Source: Eledone cirrhosa
Taxonomy: Eukaryota
NCBI GenBank assembly: GCA_964016885.1
Contig: OZ024740.1
Span: 121,272,001 to 121,336,000 of the forward strand
DNA: 64,000 bases
Direction of reading: 5' to 3'
In this document: positions 12,950-27,710 of the stretch, piece by piece
How the letters are laid out: each line of letters begins with the position of its first letter
Numbering within the stretch: the first letter of the stretch is position 1
Program-made: the position numbers and the translations under genes
Notes under the pieces: model-generated
The model's input: only the letters and a program-made list of their open reading frames with translations
Database searches by the model: none
Told to the model about the DNA's origin: nothing

Positions 12950-13443
12950 TTGTTTCTACTTTTTGGCACAAGACCAGCAATTACCTCAGTACATTACTGG
13001 TACTTTATTTTATCGACCCCGTAAGGATGAAAGTCAAAGTTAACCTTGGCGGGATTTGAACTCAGAATGGCAATGGCCGTAACTCTATGCATGAAAGCAT
13101 GGCGTCCGACCCTCTACCGATACTTCCAATCCACCACCAAATAGGCTTACATAAGTGTTTCTACGTTTTGGCACAAGGCCACCAATTATCCCAGCGTATT
13201 ACTGGTATTTTATTTTATCGACCCCGTAAGGATAAAAGGCAAAGTTAACCTCGGCGGGATATGAACTCAGTCTGTAAAGGGTCGTAACTGTGCTGCAAAG
13301 CATGGTGTCTGACCCTCTACCGATACTGCTAATCCACCGCGTGGAAATAGGCTTACATAATTGTTTCTACTTTAGGCACAAGGCCAGCAATTACCCAGTA
13401 TATTACTGGTACTTTATTTTATCGACCCCATAAGGATGAAAGG
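12950..13443 (-). mobile_element. Three tandem SINE copies (third 5'-truncated)
   Basis: Copies at 12950-13138, 13156-13340 and 13361-13443, separated by reiterated (AAT)AGGCTTACATAA. Confidence 0.9.
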
Positions 13444-15717
13444 CTTACATAATGAAACTTAAAGATAAGAGAAGATTACCAGTATACATAGATATCTATA
13501 TTTACATCTATCCTTCGTTGTTTCGCTTTTTTATATTGACCGCATTTCTCTCACTCCTTTCGCTTTCTTGAAGACACTCACATGTTTACTCACAAACACA
13601 CACACACTCACACACATATATAAACACTCACACACACGTATTTATATATATTTCATACACGTATATGTTTGGTGCATTGGACATTTTACAACCTTGTCAT
13701 ATTCTAATTATTAATAAGATGATTTATGAACATTATGCTACATCAAAAGTTTTCTCGGCGCAATTTCAGATTCTTTATAAAAAGATCGAATTATATTTCT
13801 GATTATAAAGAATTACATTAACGTTTGAGACAGAAGAGGAAAAAAATATTTCTGAATAATTGCATTCCGTATTATATTGAACCCGGTCTCTGTCTATTTG
13901 GACACTCATCGAAAGCGTAATCAAAAACCCAAGGCTCATCACGATTGTTCCAATAGATTAATTATGAATAGTTAAATCACACTAAGTTTTGTTTGGTTGG
14001 AACAGCTGTAATCAATTCTGAGACTGTTTAAAAGGAGTACAGTTAGTTGTGTTAATATATGTGGTGATCACAATGCCAAAAATACAATAATTACTAATTG
14101 CCTAGTGGCACGATAGCCGCATTAAAGCTTCACTGGTTCAATCCACGGATTTGAAAAAAAAATATCAATCAACCACCAATAAGTACAGTTCATAGCAATA
14201 ACTGAAATTCATCTATTTCTGTTGATGACGATTATTTTGCTTTGAGGTACCGAGTTAAATTATCATGGATTTGGTGTATTATCATGGATTGTATTTATCC
14301 GAACGAGAAATTGAAATATTTAAAATTACACACTTTCAACAAAACGAATTAACTAATAAGAAAGAAAGAATACTCCTTGGCTTATCAGGTCAGGTCATTG
14401 TGTTCATCTGTGTGATTAAAATTCAAAACATCATTGTTTTTTTTTTGTTTTTTTTTATTTTATCAATAACAAATTTCAGATATTTTTTATACCTGTGAGA
14501 ATTATGTATATTATATTTTTACGATAGATTGATTTTAGTGATTAGCTATTGATTTTTATGGCGTACACTGCTTCAAGAAAAATACACAAAATATATCTGC
14601 CGTTGGAATACAATGATTGAAGGCATATACAATGTTAAATATCCTAGATCAGCTTTGAAAAACCATACCCTTTACGCGACAAAAACATGCGGACATGCAA
14701 TCCAACATGTACATAAGCGTATACACAAACACAGTGTCACACACTTATATAAATATATATATATATACAAAGCAATTCGAGGGCTCTAGAATTCCATAAA
14801 ACATCTTATATCCTAATTTGCTGTAATACGTATTTCTGTTACGTTATTAATTACGTAATGTTTCGATCAAGCAATCACTAACACTGTTTCTTTAGACAGC
14901 ATCTTAAGCAATGCATCTATTTTCTAATTTATTCTTATCTCATTTTCAATAGCATGTATTGCATTAGATGGTGACTGGATGTAAAGGAAGCTTTAATGAG
15001 TTATGAGTAGCGCCTGAAGGATGATGTTGAAGAAAAGCGTTATTCGTGAGAAAAAGACTGCCATCAACCTTAGGAAAACCAGAATCGCCTTTCTCGTGTG
15101 CGCTTCTACAGCGACAGTAGATATTGCTTTACCGATAAGAACAAGACAGAAAATTCTAGCAGCAGATTAATGCGGCGAATAGCGGATATCAAAATCAACA
15201 ATATCTATATTTCGATGAAGGGCTAGCCTGCGAAACATTAAGACGATTTCCCCATTATGTCAAATAGTAAACAAATTATTATTATACTGCATATATATAT
15301 AACTCTATATATAGCCATATTTGATGTCTACTTTTCCATAAATAAATATCAGTTTGTGAGAGGATGGTATTTATCTGTAGAATAATGTCTTTAAAAAAAA
15401 TCTCTCAGGCAAACAATGTCAGCATGGAAAAGAGGGGCATAAAATTGATGGGAAATGTATGTTTAATTTATTCCATGACTTCATTTTACTGAAAGTAAAC
15501 CTTATTTGATACAATAAGGATTTTACTATCTATTTTTAATTCAGCAGAAGATGGAAATGACAATACAATCAAGCAGGAAGTTATATCACATTTCTCAGCC
15601 AACCATTAATGAGAGGCTGCGAATTAGCTGAGTGTTTACTGTAGATCTTTCCACATATACTTTATCAAGGTCATCATACATTTAAAGCACTTTGGAGGTG
15701 ATAAAATAAATTAGCAA

Positions 15718-16055
15718 TCGAGAGCAGAAGATTGAGTGAATTGATAATCTGTCATACGAAATGGATTCCGTGAATTGTTTCGGCTCTTTGTGTTCTAAGT
15801 TCAAATGCAGAAGTAGCATACTTGGTTGGTAGACTTTATCTGTTAGCCTATTTAACAACATCTGACACATGGGGGGCTTTTAATAAGCTTTGCCCTATTG
15901 CAAGCATTTTGGCCAACGATCCAGTTTGAGTATCTTTTCGAAAAGTTAGCTTTAACTTACAACATTACGGGGTCGATAAAATAAATACGCATCTGGGCAA
16001 TGTAATTGAAATTCTTTACCCCCAAAATTGTTGGCCGTGTGCATAAATCAGAAAC
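15718..16055 (+). mobile_element. Degenerate SINE copy
   Basis: GTTCTAAGTTCAAAT, TTACGGGGTCGATAAAATAA and TGGCCGTGTGCATAAATCAGAAAC blocks. Confidence 0.5.
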
Positions 16056-16139
16056 CATTATTATAATGCATAGTTTTCTCGTGTTGTTCTCCTTATTGAC
16101 ATTATATATTTACATATATATATATATCCTCTCTCTCTC

Positions 16140-17560
16140 TGTTCGATTTGTTATCGTCGAAGGGATCTCTCATTATTGCATCGTCGTTGGTACCTCTCCG
16201 CTATCTGGGTCAATTGAGAGGTTGAAGGTGAAGTATTTTAGATCTTCTTTAATACAGTCATTCTGTGCTTCGATGGGTGGCCTCCAATTCACTTATCACT
16301 TGCTAATTTACCAAACTACTTTGGAATGCAAATATCTTTCATTCGGCATACATAGCTGAAATATCTGAGACTGTTGTTCAGGATCATTGCTTCACCTGTT
16401 GTTGTTTTTGCACGACATAAACCTCTGTGTTTGCCCTGTTGTGCCACAATTTTATCTTAAAGTATCTGGCGTAAAGAGCGGTGATGAAAGGCGTCTACGT
16501 TTGCATACTTGGTGAGGAAGAATGGTCCATGCCTCACTGCCATGTAGCTTTGATGGGAAAACGATGGCTTAGAACACAGAGAGAGTTGTGTTGCAACTGA
16601 TAGGCTTTCACGATTACACTGGCCATACGGAAGTGAAAAGCAGCACCACCGGGAGATATTCTGCGCTTAATGTCAACATCTATGAACGAATCATCGTACT
16701 TCCAGTTTATGTGAAATATCTGACATGTGTAAGGGAGACTCTTAATTGTTATTGGAAATGCACACATCCCACAAACATAACCTCTGTTTTCGGCTTGCTA
16801 ATAATCATCCCCCATTCTTTAAAGGAATTATTCAAAGCAATATCTGCGTTTCACGGAAAGCGTGCACTTGATTTAGCCATGGCCGTATCACCTGCATAAA
16901 AGAAATCACCTTGCTTAGATATACTAGTTTACTGACTTAAGGCGCCATAATTTGAAGTGGTTTTCATCATTTTTGAAGCGCACATCAATTCAAAGTTTGG
17001 CATGGTTTTTCGTGTATGGCATAAGGCAAATATGAAAAATATTACAAACAATCTTGGTGTGAGAATGCAAACATGGTGAAAACCAGTTGACACTTCAAAT
17101 TCGTCTCTCAGCGCTGATGGAGTCTGTTGCGTGTATGCCATCTTGATTGCTTCTAATATTATTGAACAACTTGGAGGTTATTCCAATTTTCATTAGTCGG
17201 TGCAACATTCCTGTTCACTCTGTCAAATGTCTTTACAAGATCCACAAAGATGATATTCAGCTCTTGGAGTTGTTCAGGGAACTTTTTCAAGAAGCTGACT
17301 TAAGTCGAACAACATATCATTGTGGACATTTTCCTCTGAAACTGCCATGCCCTTCTGGAAGGAACGTTTCCACAGTCGGCCATATTCGGTCCAGGATAAT
17401 CTTTGCGATGTGTTTCCCTGTGACGTTTAACAGAATGATGCATCTATGTTTACCACTATTGAAGCGGCATTGCTTTTTATCAAAGGAAATAATGTATCCA
17501 CCCTTGAAACCTTATGGTAGTTGTTCCTTCTGCCAAATAGGAAACGTTTCAGCAGTTTTT
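16140..17560 (-). pseudogene. Highly degraded RTE-type LINE reverse transcriptase
   Basis: Minus-strand fragments LNIIFVDLVKTFDRVN, LYAGDTA (decayed YADD) and WGMIISKPKTEVM. Confidence 0.7.
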
Positions 17561-19964
17561 TTACCGAGATCTTGGCTTTTGACTCGAAATAAATGTTTTA
17601 ATGCGATTAAACTTTAAAACCTACATTGCACATGCTTTCAGGTAATTTTTTTTATTTTAAAACATAAGTAGATATAACTATTTTTATTGGTTGTACACTA
17701 GTCACTATTGAGTAACTAAATTCTTACCTTTGTTCAGATTTCAACTTTGATTGATCTCGCTGATACCTTCAAATCTCAATTGAAGGATACGTCAAGTTAT
17801 TATGTGTTTGGAGAAAGAAAGATCAGGTGAAACCACGAGTGAATATTAATTCATATTAAAGAGAGTTATGACCAAACATTACAAAAAAATGGACGAGATT
17901 GCATGACTAGAATAATCGTGATAATTGGTCTACTATATTATGGCCAGATTAAACAAAACGATGATATGTATTTCATTTATACGTACATAATGGGGAAACA
18001 ATTTTTTTTTTCCGATTTCTAGATACTTTGAGCTTGACATATAACGACTGTCCACGTTTCAAATTGAGACGTTCGATAGCCAAATCAAATTGCTATTAGT
18101 ATGTTTTCAAGTGATCCACGTTGATTATAGCACCCACCAAGCGGATGTCAATGAAAAGTGTACGAAATGATAATCCAATAGAGAAAGTCAATTTTTTCAC
18201 TAGAAATAATACAGCAGAATCTACGAGAAATTACACCCTAACATCTTTAAAAATGTAAGGGGACATCGAATCATTGTTCACTGTTTGTTATGCCTGAACA
18301 TAACAACATAGATTGTATGGTTACGAATAGAGTAGCCTTGATTATAGATCTACTTAATTGCGGCCGATGTGAGATAAGAAAAAAGTGAAGAATGTTGGTT
18401 TCTATGTAATGTTCATCTTCTTTGTTATAAAAGCCTCATACAATTCAGGTTGATTGAAAGCTGCTGGGGTTGAAGATATAAAATAGAATGAAAGGGAGGG
18501 ATGGGGCTACCTTTTACCGTAAAATCAAATAATGGTGAGTGTTAATGTTTTTGTATAGTATCATTATGTATTTTATGCTATTAAGATCAAATAGCAATTA
18601 TATCTTCACATCTTGTAGATGAAAGCATGGTTACTAAATATGTATTAAAATATGTCAACTTAGAGTGTTACATTAAAAAAAATTATAATTCATATTTCTA
18701 ACGGCATATCTAAGTGTTTTAAATGTTGCTATGAGAGTTGAAATGAGACCAGTTGCAGAAATGCTATTTTTCTAGCCTTTTTATTGTCCCTATATTTCCC
18801 TGTGGTATATATCGAACGACTTCTTTCAAAGAACACAATCGCTGAAAACAAAACACCTCAATTATAAATATAGTCTTTAAAGTGTTGGAAATCTTCCGCT
18901 CATGTTTTAAAGAATTAATGTAACAGATAATTTCAATTCGTGCATACATATACGCACATATGATTACACTCAGGCATTAATATATCAAGTATTCGTATGC
19001 AGAGTTCTCTACATGGCCATATTATATGTTGGGAGTATAATGAGACTAAGATAAAGGATTAACTAAAAGATGCCTGAAATTCGATACAAGATACAAAAAG
19101 TATTGGTCGTTATATGAAAATCTCATGAAACCTAAGCTAACAATATTCATGAGAATCGATAATTTGAAGTTACAACAACATGCCTCTGAGATAAAGAGTT
19201 TGTTACCGGGGAGAAATGACTGATGTATTCATTTCTCACCCTTCCCACCTTTCAAGTAATTTTAAATCGCCAGCTTACGAAGGTTCTCAAATAGATTTGT
19301 TTGTTTGACCCCGCTTGACAACAACATCGATCGAAAGGAATCATGTTAACGCAATGTGCGCCACTAACTAAGAAGTGAAGTTTTCTCTCCCTTATTTCAA
19401 TATCTCAGTTGCTTTAGCATGTAATACAACACTTCTAATCCTAAACGAGTCAATAATAAACTTTTGATCCACCCAATAACCTTTTCAGCATAACTTCCTT
19501 TTCAACGAATCCGATTCATATCCGCTTGCTTGGCACGCCAACGTTAGCAAAGCTTATGATTCGAAATATAGGCAAAGACGAGTGATACAATTAGTAAATA
19601 TGTTAATGAAAGCGAAGAAGACAAAGGGAAATTGTTTAGAATAGCAAAAAAAGATTATGAGATAGAATTGAAACTTTTGGGAGCCGTTTAGTTTCAGTAT
19701 GGCAAACATAATTCAAAATTAAAAAAAATATATATTTCTCTACGATATTATTGCTTTTATCGAAAATATAATCTTAACGATTTATATTCACTTATATTCA
19801 CCCAGGTGGTGATGACTGCAGGTGTTTCTGGATAGCTACTTCTTTTTAAATGTTTATTTATAAACGTAGCATATTTCTTTAGGAATACAACATTACAAAA
19901 CATTACTGTATACAACTATGCTCGAAGCTAACGCTAAATAATTCTAATTTTATATATATATATA

Positions 19965-20110
19965 TATATTTATTAAAATAACAGATTAAAGTTTAAGCAA
20001 AGAATCGCTGCTTTCACCCTTAACGGGATCTTATAAGTTTCAGAAGATCCCGTTAAGGGTGAAAGCAGCGATTCTTTGCTTAAATTTTAATCTGCTATTT
20101 TAATAAATAT
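19965..20110. repeat. Short palindrome next to (TA)n with an HHR-like core at the centre
   Basis: ~63-bp arms; CAGAAGA-T-CCC-GTTAA-GGG-T-GAAA at 20041-20064; stems I and III not convincing. Confidence 0.6.
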
Positions 20111-20282
20111 TTGCTCTACGGTTCTTATATATTTGATATATATTTATCCTTATCGAGCCCTCTTTGGATTTTAGTCTTCAAATTTATTATTATTACTATA
20201 TATATATATATATATAGATATATGAGTGTGTGTGTGTGTGTGTGTGTATGTGTGTGTCTGTATATATATATACACACACACT

Positions 20283-21552
20283 CATGGAAGAAGTGTCATG
20301 GGAGTAGTGAATTCACAACGGCCAATCAGATTGACTACATCCTGGTCAGATCTAGGTGGACCAGCTCAGTGATGGACTCGCGTGCGTATCGGGGGGCTGA
20401 TACAGGCAGTGAACATGGATCGGACCATACTCTTGTTCGAGCAACCCTTGGTCTGCAGCTGCAGGCGAAACCTCCTCCCAACCGCCAGAAAAGGATCGAT
20501 ATCTCGCGACTCAAGCTCGATGCTGGAAATGCTTTCCGGCTAGAGCTGCGAAACGGATTCCAAATGCTGAGTAACGAAGTGGAACAGCAACCGGAGCAGG
20601 AGTGGAACGCGTTCAGGGCGGCGACGGTTGAGGTGGCCAGAGAGCATTACAGGTCAACCCAAAGACGCCATCGGGACTGGATCTCAGGCGGCACTCTTGA
20701 ACTCGCGGAGAAGACGAGAGTGGCCCGACTCGAGGGTGCATCCAATCTTCGAGATCTCCAATGTCGCACATCTCGCTCTATTCGGGTCGATCGGAATGCA
20801 CACTGGCGCGAATTTGCGGAGCAGACGGAGAGAGCAGCAGCCTGTGGTGACTCGCGCAAGCACTACCAACTGGTGAAGCGGGTCAGCCGAAGCAGTACGT
20901 GTATCAGCAAGTCGATCCGTTAAGGTCAAGCGTCGCATAGGTGCTGCCGGTTCCGCATTTGTGCGCCTCCAGCGGTGTCTGTGGGACAGAAGAGAAATCA
21001 CCTCGGCGACCAAAGGGCGAATCTACCAGGCCGTCCTTCGGCTATCCTCCTCTATGACTGTGAAAAATGGCCTATGAGGGTAGTCGATCAAAGAGGGCTG
21101 GAGGTCTTCGACAATGACTGTCTCCGCTGCATTCTTCGCTGCCGACTCGTTGATCGGGTACCTACCACCAGTCTTCGTCTTCGCCTGAATCTTCGACCCC
21201 TTCCTTCAGTGCTTTTGTAATGTCGCTTGAGATGGTTTGGTCACGCAGCCCGGCGCCCTGAGGGTGAGCTGATCCGCGATATTCTCCTTCCACCTCCACT
21301 CTCTAACTGGCGCAAGCGCGTTGGCGGGCAGCTGAAGACCTGGGCAACGACGACCAAGGAAAACCTCTCCGAACTCTCAGGTCCGCATGTGGTCGGCCTG
21401 CGCCGATGGAACCGTGACTGGCTCGTTATCTTCAGTGACCTAGCCCGGGACCGTCATGCGTGGGCTGCCATGGTTCGGGATGCCGTCAGGACAAGGGAAG
21501 AAGCCGGCTCAACCCGTCCAGGGTGAATGTGACACAAGTACAAGTAAGTACA
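20283..21552 (+). mobile_element. RTE-clade LINE, internally deleted (APE C-terminus joined to post-RT C-terminus)
   Basis: NQIDYILV..RGAD..SDH endonuclease motif; LRWFGHAAR, GGQLKTW and LARDRHAW; 3' short tandem tail ACAAGT/AAGT; deletion junction near 20920. Confidence 0.85.
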
Positions 21553-21591
21553 AACACACACGCGTACACACATATACACACAGACATACAA

Positions 21592-21672
<81 letters not shown>

Positions 21673-22204
21673 CTTGCTTGGTGAGGAGTGTATATGTGGA
21701 CACCTCGCATGATAAAATACAAGACCCGTCAAAGGGCGAAAGAACTTGGCAGAGTCAACGGCCATACAAATAGTACTTTTTTTGCCTAGGAGTGAAAGGC
21801 CCCCAGTTGATGTCACAACAGCTTTCTAAGAGAGGGGAAACTATCTTTAGAAGCACTCCCCCTCCCCCGACACTCGGTCAACTTTAAGGTCACCCAGCCT
21901 TTCAAACCAATCCCAGCGAAACCTTGTATCCACTATTCAAAGGGTCCCACATAGCAGTCGGCAGCCACTACAACCATCCCCTGCCTCCTCCCCCTCCTTA
22001 TTCTTCTCCTCTCCCCTCCTGCTTCTACCCTCTCCAGTCACAACCAAACCACTAGCAGAGAAGGATGCACAGACAAATTCACTTTCTTCCCTGAAGGAGC
22101 ACGTATGTGAAAATTAATTTTTCTTCCCCTCTATATATTTTTTTGTTATTATCATATTTTTACTATTTGCACAGATATGCAACTTAATAATATTCTGCAT
22201 ATCC

Positions 22205-22242
22205 GCAATTGACAATGCATTTCATGTTGAAACCGGTATTGT
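22205..22242 (+). ncRNA. HHR candidate (U3/A8 core, decayed or variant)
   Basis: GCAA-TTGACAA-TGCAT-TTC-ATGTT-GAAA-CCGG-TA-TTGT. Confidence 0.5.
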
Positions 22243-23249
22243 AAATAAATTAATGTTTTGAAATTTCCCTAAAAAATCTCTTCTGCATTTCCTATATTCT
22301 ACTATATTCAATAAATATATTGAAACGAAGTGTGGACGTCAGAAAGTGTTCTAGACATATCGAGTTATATACGGAAAATGATTGTATATTTATATATATA
22401 TACATATAGTAGTGAAAAATCAAAAGGTTCATATCCAAAGTCGGGAGAGCATTCATTGCAAAGGACATGTTCGGTACAGAGTTAATTCAATTCTTTTTAC
22501 AACTATACAGGGGTTGAAAATACTATTTACGTGGGACAGGAGTCCTCAAGTATGATTTACTAATTGATGTCGAACTGATTCTCTCTCTCTCTCTCTCACG
22601 CTCTCTCTCTCTCTCTATCTATCTATCTCTCTCTCTTCCCCCCCCCTCTCTCTCTCTCTCTCGATCTGTTTAGAAAGTTTGCAGTATGTATTCTACTAGT
22701 AAAAGTATTTCTCCCCATTTGTTTGCAATTATCTATCGTATTTAATACAATGAATGATTATTGTTAGAGAGTATTTAATTTTTCATCCCCGCTCTAATTG
22801 AGTTTATTATATCGTTTTAACTATTGTCCAAACCTTGATATTGGTAAAAGCTACTTATGTCGTCAGCATTGCAATTCCTAATTTAATTTGATTTATTTAT
22901 AAATTGTCTTCAACTTTCTATTTCTGATTACACCCACATCCGTACTTACACCCACATACAAACACACGCCGCTAATCATACATACTAGCATAAGAATCCA
23001 ATAATCTTACACAAGATTCTACATAACTTGGTATAATTTCACCCACCATGTACAAATCTTATAATGAAACGATCCGTTTGGGAAAAGAGTTATTTAATAT
23101 ATCTCATATGAAATAATACAGCCAAATATCCACACAATACAATATAGTTAGCACCCCAAACATTTAATTGGGAATATACTCCGGTATTTCCTAATGTTTG
23201 TTGAGTGAGCTGGAAATTGGTCGGGGTATCGCTAATAGTTTTCTCCGTT

Positions 23250-23570
23250 TATGTAATTATATATATCGAACGACAACAATAGGATCTAAGCCGACAGGCC
23301 AAGGATATCGATGTGAAAGGAAAATTGGAAAATCTGCTTCGTAGAATCAAGACGTATCTGAGGACCTTGCGATTTTCAGAGTCAGGTTCGATCATCACAA
23401 CGAGCGTGCCTCGAGCTGGTTGCCAGAAAATGATTGTAATATGTCCAATAAATTCCATTCGCGCAACACTGATTCTCTTTCTTTTTGTGACATCATACTC
23501 TGCTCTGTGAGAGCATCGAGTGCTCAAACGGCCTACCGCATACGGACGCTCTAAGCATCCAGCACCAATT
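23250..23570 (+). mobile_element. pLTR-like fragment with decayed long-stem-II HHR (23351-23445)
   Basis: GACGTAT-CTGAGGA-~60 nt-GAAAATGATTGTA-ATATGTC; homologous to 24600-24990 and 50900-51265. Confidence 0.6.
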
Positions 23571-23597
23571 TTATATATATATATATATATGTATATA

Positions 23598-24487
23598 CAG
23601 GGTGTGGACGATATTTGTTCGTAATTTTCAACTGCTAATTTTATGCAAATTGTTTTTACTTCCGTTGCCACTCTTGTCTTCATAAAAAGAGTGACTATAT
23701 TTCCATTATTTATTTTCAGAATAATTGATTATGAATAACTTTGAACCTCCAAATTTGTGGAAGAGACACGGAGTTCTTCTGGGAATCCGCTCCTGGAGGA
23801 CAAATAAGACCAGAAGAACAATTCCCAGAACAACAGATGGCTCTCTGTATCATCCAAAGACGTTCCCAGAGTCATTCGGACAAAGTTTCCAGCGACAACA
23901 TTGGTCTTAGGTGTCGTCAGCAGTCAAGATGCCGTCATCCCACTTCCCTTCTTCCCTGAGGGTCTCAAGCTTAACACCGATGGCTACATCCGCGTTCTGA
24001 GTGAGGTAGTAAAGCTCTGGATCGACCAGGTAGCTTCAGGTAGTCCATCCGTGTGGCAACAAGACTCAGCGCCCTGCCATACCAGCCGAAAGTCCCAAGC
24101 CTGGCTGTCAGGGAACTTCGTCGACCACACTTCCCGTGACATCTGGCCTCCCAGCTCGCCTGACTGCTACCCCTCGACTTCTTTGTGTGGGGCGCAGTGG
24201 AACGAGACACCAACGGATCTAGTTGCAATACGAAAGACGATCTGAAGGCTAGGATCACAAGTGCCTTTAGGGGCCTCAGTCGGGGGACAGTGACGAAGGC
24301 CTGTAGCCGATTCCGAGGCCGCTTTGAAGCCGTCATCAAAGCCAATGGCGGGTTTATCGAGTGAGATCGAAAGAACAAGTCATGAAGACATCTGACCCAA
24401 GTTTGATAAATATATCTTAAAAAATAAAACTACTATGTTATTCTTTCCTAGACGGTAATCTTGCGAACAAATATCATCTGCACCCTG
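23598..24487 (+). mobile_element. Tc1/mariner DD37D (maT-type) element, internally deleted
   Basis: TIRs CAGGGTGTGGACGATATTTGTTCG / CGAACAAATATCATCTGCACCCTG with TA TSD; WQQDSAPCH..WPPSSPDCYP(fs)LDFFVWG gives 37 residues between the last two Asp. Confidence 0.9.
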
Positions 24488-24596
<109 letters not shown>

Positions 24597-24599
24597 GTG

Positions 24600-25103
<504 letters not shown>

Positions 25104-25275
25104 GTGTATGTGTGTGTGTATAATTGATACCCTCAATAATCTCATATAGCAGTTAGGTAAATAAAATGCAAAATGAATATCTGAATGATAGCAATTGATT
25201 TGTTGCTTCATACTTCAATGATTGAATAACCATTTATGCCCCTTTGTACATATATTAATTCATATTTATATTATA

Positions 25276-27710
25276 CTAGCAGTGGTACCCGGTGTTGCAC
25301 GGGAGAATGTACTTTGGAACGTGGGCCGCCGACAGACCTAATCGTGGAAAAACTGCATGCCTCGACAATATGTAAAAAAAATAAACCGAATACCCTCATG
25401 GCTGGATAATCTTTGAGATTTTCCTCGATGAGGCAGGACAAATGCAGGTTTTCACCTAATGCGGACCCTAGGGCACGAAGAAAATGAATTTTTTTTATGT
25501 GCATAAAATGCCTTGAAATTTCGGGAAAATCGGCTAGACGTAACCCCTACAAAAAGCCCCCAAAAGCTAAAAAAATGAAGTTTTTCACCTAATGCGGGCC
25601 CTAGGCCGTAAAGAAATTAGGGTTTTCTTTGCTCACGGTATGAAGAAGAGACTGACTAATACATAGTTATAATTCCAAGGAAATCGGTCTGATGTAATGC
25701 CTAAAAATGACACAAAAAGCTGAAAAAAACGCAGTTTTTCACCTAATGCGGGCTCTATGGGATCAAAAAAATGAATTTTTTATGTGCATAATACTCCCTC
25801 AAACATAACGCGGGTTGCCAACAGACCTAATCGTGGGAAAAGTGCATTCCTGGACAATATGTAAAGAAAATAAACCGAACACTCTCATGCAATAACTATT
25901 AGGTATGCTTCTCCTTCCACGGGCAGAAAATCGGTTGGTGCTTTTGTACTTTAATAAAGTTGAATGAGTCAGCACGACAGATGTCACCACTTATGTCATT
26001 AGGAAGTCTGCACTCCTTGAGCAACGCATGACGTGCAATCGGACAGGCTTCTCGAAGGAGTCCACCGCACCTTAGTAAGTAAACGCAACTGGACAAACGT
26101 TTACCAAACTGTGGATATAATTTAACAAGTTTAAAGAGGATGGTGCAATAAAATGGGACCCAAGGCGTGTGCGCGTTCACTCGCCTCCTAAACGAAAGGG
26201 TCGCCATCAGCTATTTCAAGGGCTCTTAAAAGGGCCGTGTAAGCCGTTCACTGACACCCCAGTATGGAGGGGTAACCATCAACAATTTCAAGTGGTAGCC
26301 CTAAAAAGGGCCATATGAGTTTTACTTGTAGCCTTAATAGTAACTTTGAGTGCGTTCTCTGACATTTGAAGGAGGATGTTACGGTTGCTTCCACTGGTAG
26401 CCTTTAGAATGAATCAGAAAGCGTTCGCGGTCCGTTTAACAGCCATATAATGACGCGCCGAGTGCGAAGCGCAAGGTCCATCTCTGAAGGTAGTCACCTG
26501 AAGCCGAGGGAAAATGTATTTCAGGTAATAGGCCGTATGAATGGCAACCAGATTGCCTTAAGAAATGTTGATAACGAACCTACCTCGTCCTTGTGCAAAT
26601 GCAAGAAGACTCTCCCAGCTACCAACTCTAGAGCACCCAACAAACAACGATCCGCTTAACGACCTTACATTGCAGCACTAATTGTCAATGGGAAGGTTCT
26701 TAGCTGAAGGGTTCACCTTAAACCGTAGAAAAAACGCATTTCAGTTAGTAGCCCGTACGAATTGCGACCAGATTGGTTTAAGAAATGGCAATAATGAACC
26801 TACCTTGTCGCTGTTACATTTATAACACCTCGTTGTGAACAATGTTCCTTGTTTTCCCTCGTCGTGCAAATGCAAACAGCCTCTCCCTGCTGCCAACTCT
26901 AGTGCACCCAACGTACAATTGTCTGTGGGAGAAGCAGGGCTCCTCCAGTAGAAGTCCGGCCACAGAAAGAGTCTGACCATGGGACTTGTTAATGGAATGG
27001 CAAAACTGACCAGAAGCGGGAATTACAGTCTTCTGAAGGTAATCGGAATTTCGTCTGCCGAGGGAGTAAGAGGAATTCTCGGAATGAAGACATCGTCACC
27101 TTTTCTACACCCAGAGAGGATTGTTGCCTCGATAACATGGTCCGTCATTTTCCTTACAGCCAGGCGTGTTCCGTTGCACAGCCTCGGTGACTCCAAATTA
27201 GTCAGCAACATAACAGGAGTCCCTACTTTAAAGCGTAACATGTGGGGCGGTAGTCCTGGAGGCTGTAAGGAGTTTAGGAATTCTGGTGGAAAGTTCACCA
27301 CTTCATTTGGATCGGGTATCGTGTCAACAGACTTGTAGTTGCGAAGCGTACCAGGAAGGGAATCCAGTAGCAAGTCGTTGAAATTGTTAATAGTGGCGTT
27401 TTTGGGGGCAAGCACTGCTCTTTCGCGAATAACCGGAGGCAGCAGACAGCCAGACATACAGACATATATTATAAGGGCGCGACGTTATATGTATGTATCT
27501 ATCTAAAAAGAGAAAGACTAAGAATTATAGTGAGAGATCGCTCAATCGCCTAATGTGGTCCCTAGGGCATGGAACATTGTAAGGTTTTTTTGCTCAGACC
27601 ACTCCCTGAAACATAAGTATTACATGTGTAAAGTTTGAAAACAGTCGGTTGGATGCTTCTGGAATTTCAGGCATTCAAATTCACACACACACACACACAG
27701 ACAGACATCC
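25276..27710 (-). mobile_element. Non-autonomous Helitron with Pif1-like helicase fragment (about 26970-27430)
   Basis: 3' hairpin CCCGTGCAACACCGGG followed by CTAG|T; PPEFLNSL..GLPPH..KVGTPVMLL.NL..LCNGTRL..IPRIPL; internal CCTAATGCGG subrepeats. Confidence 0.85.

Noticed and set aside
15209-15245. TCGATGAAGGGCTAGCCTGCGAAACATTAAG
   Set aside because: Probably a decayed PLE HHR, but core and stems are too damaged to call
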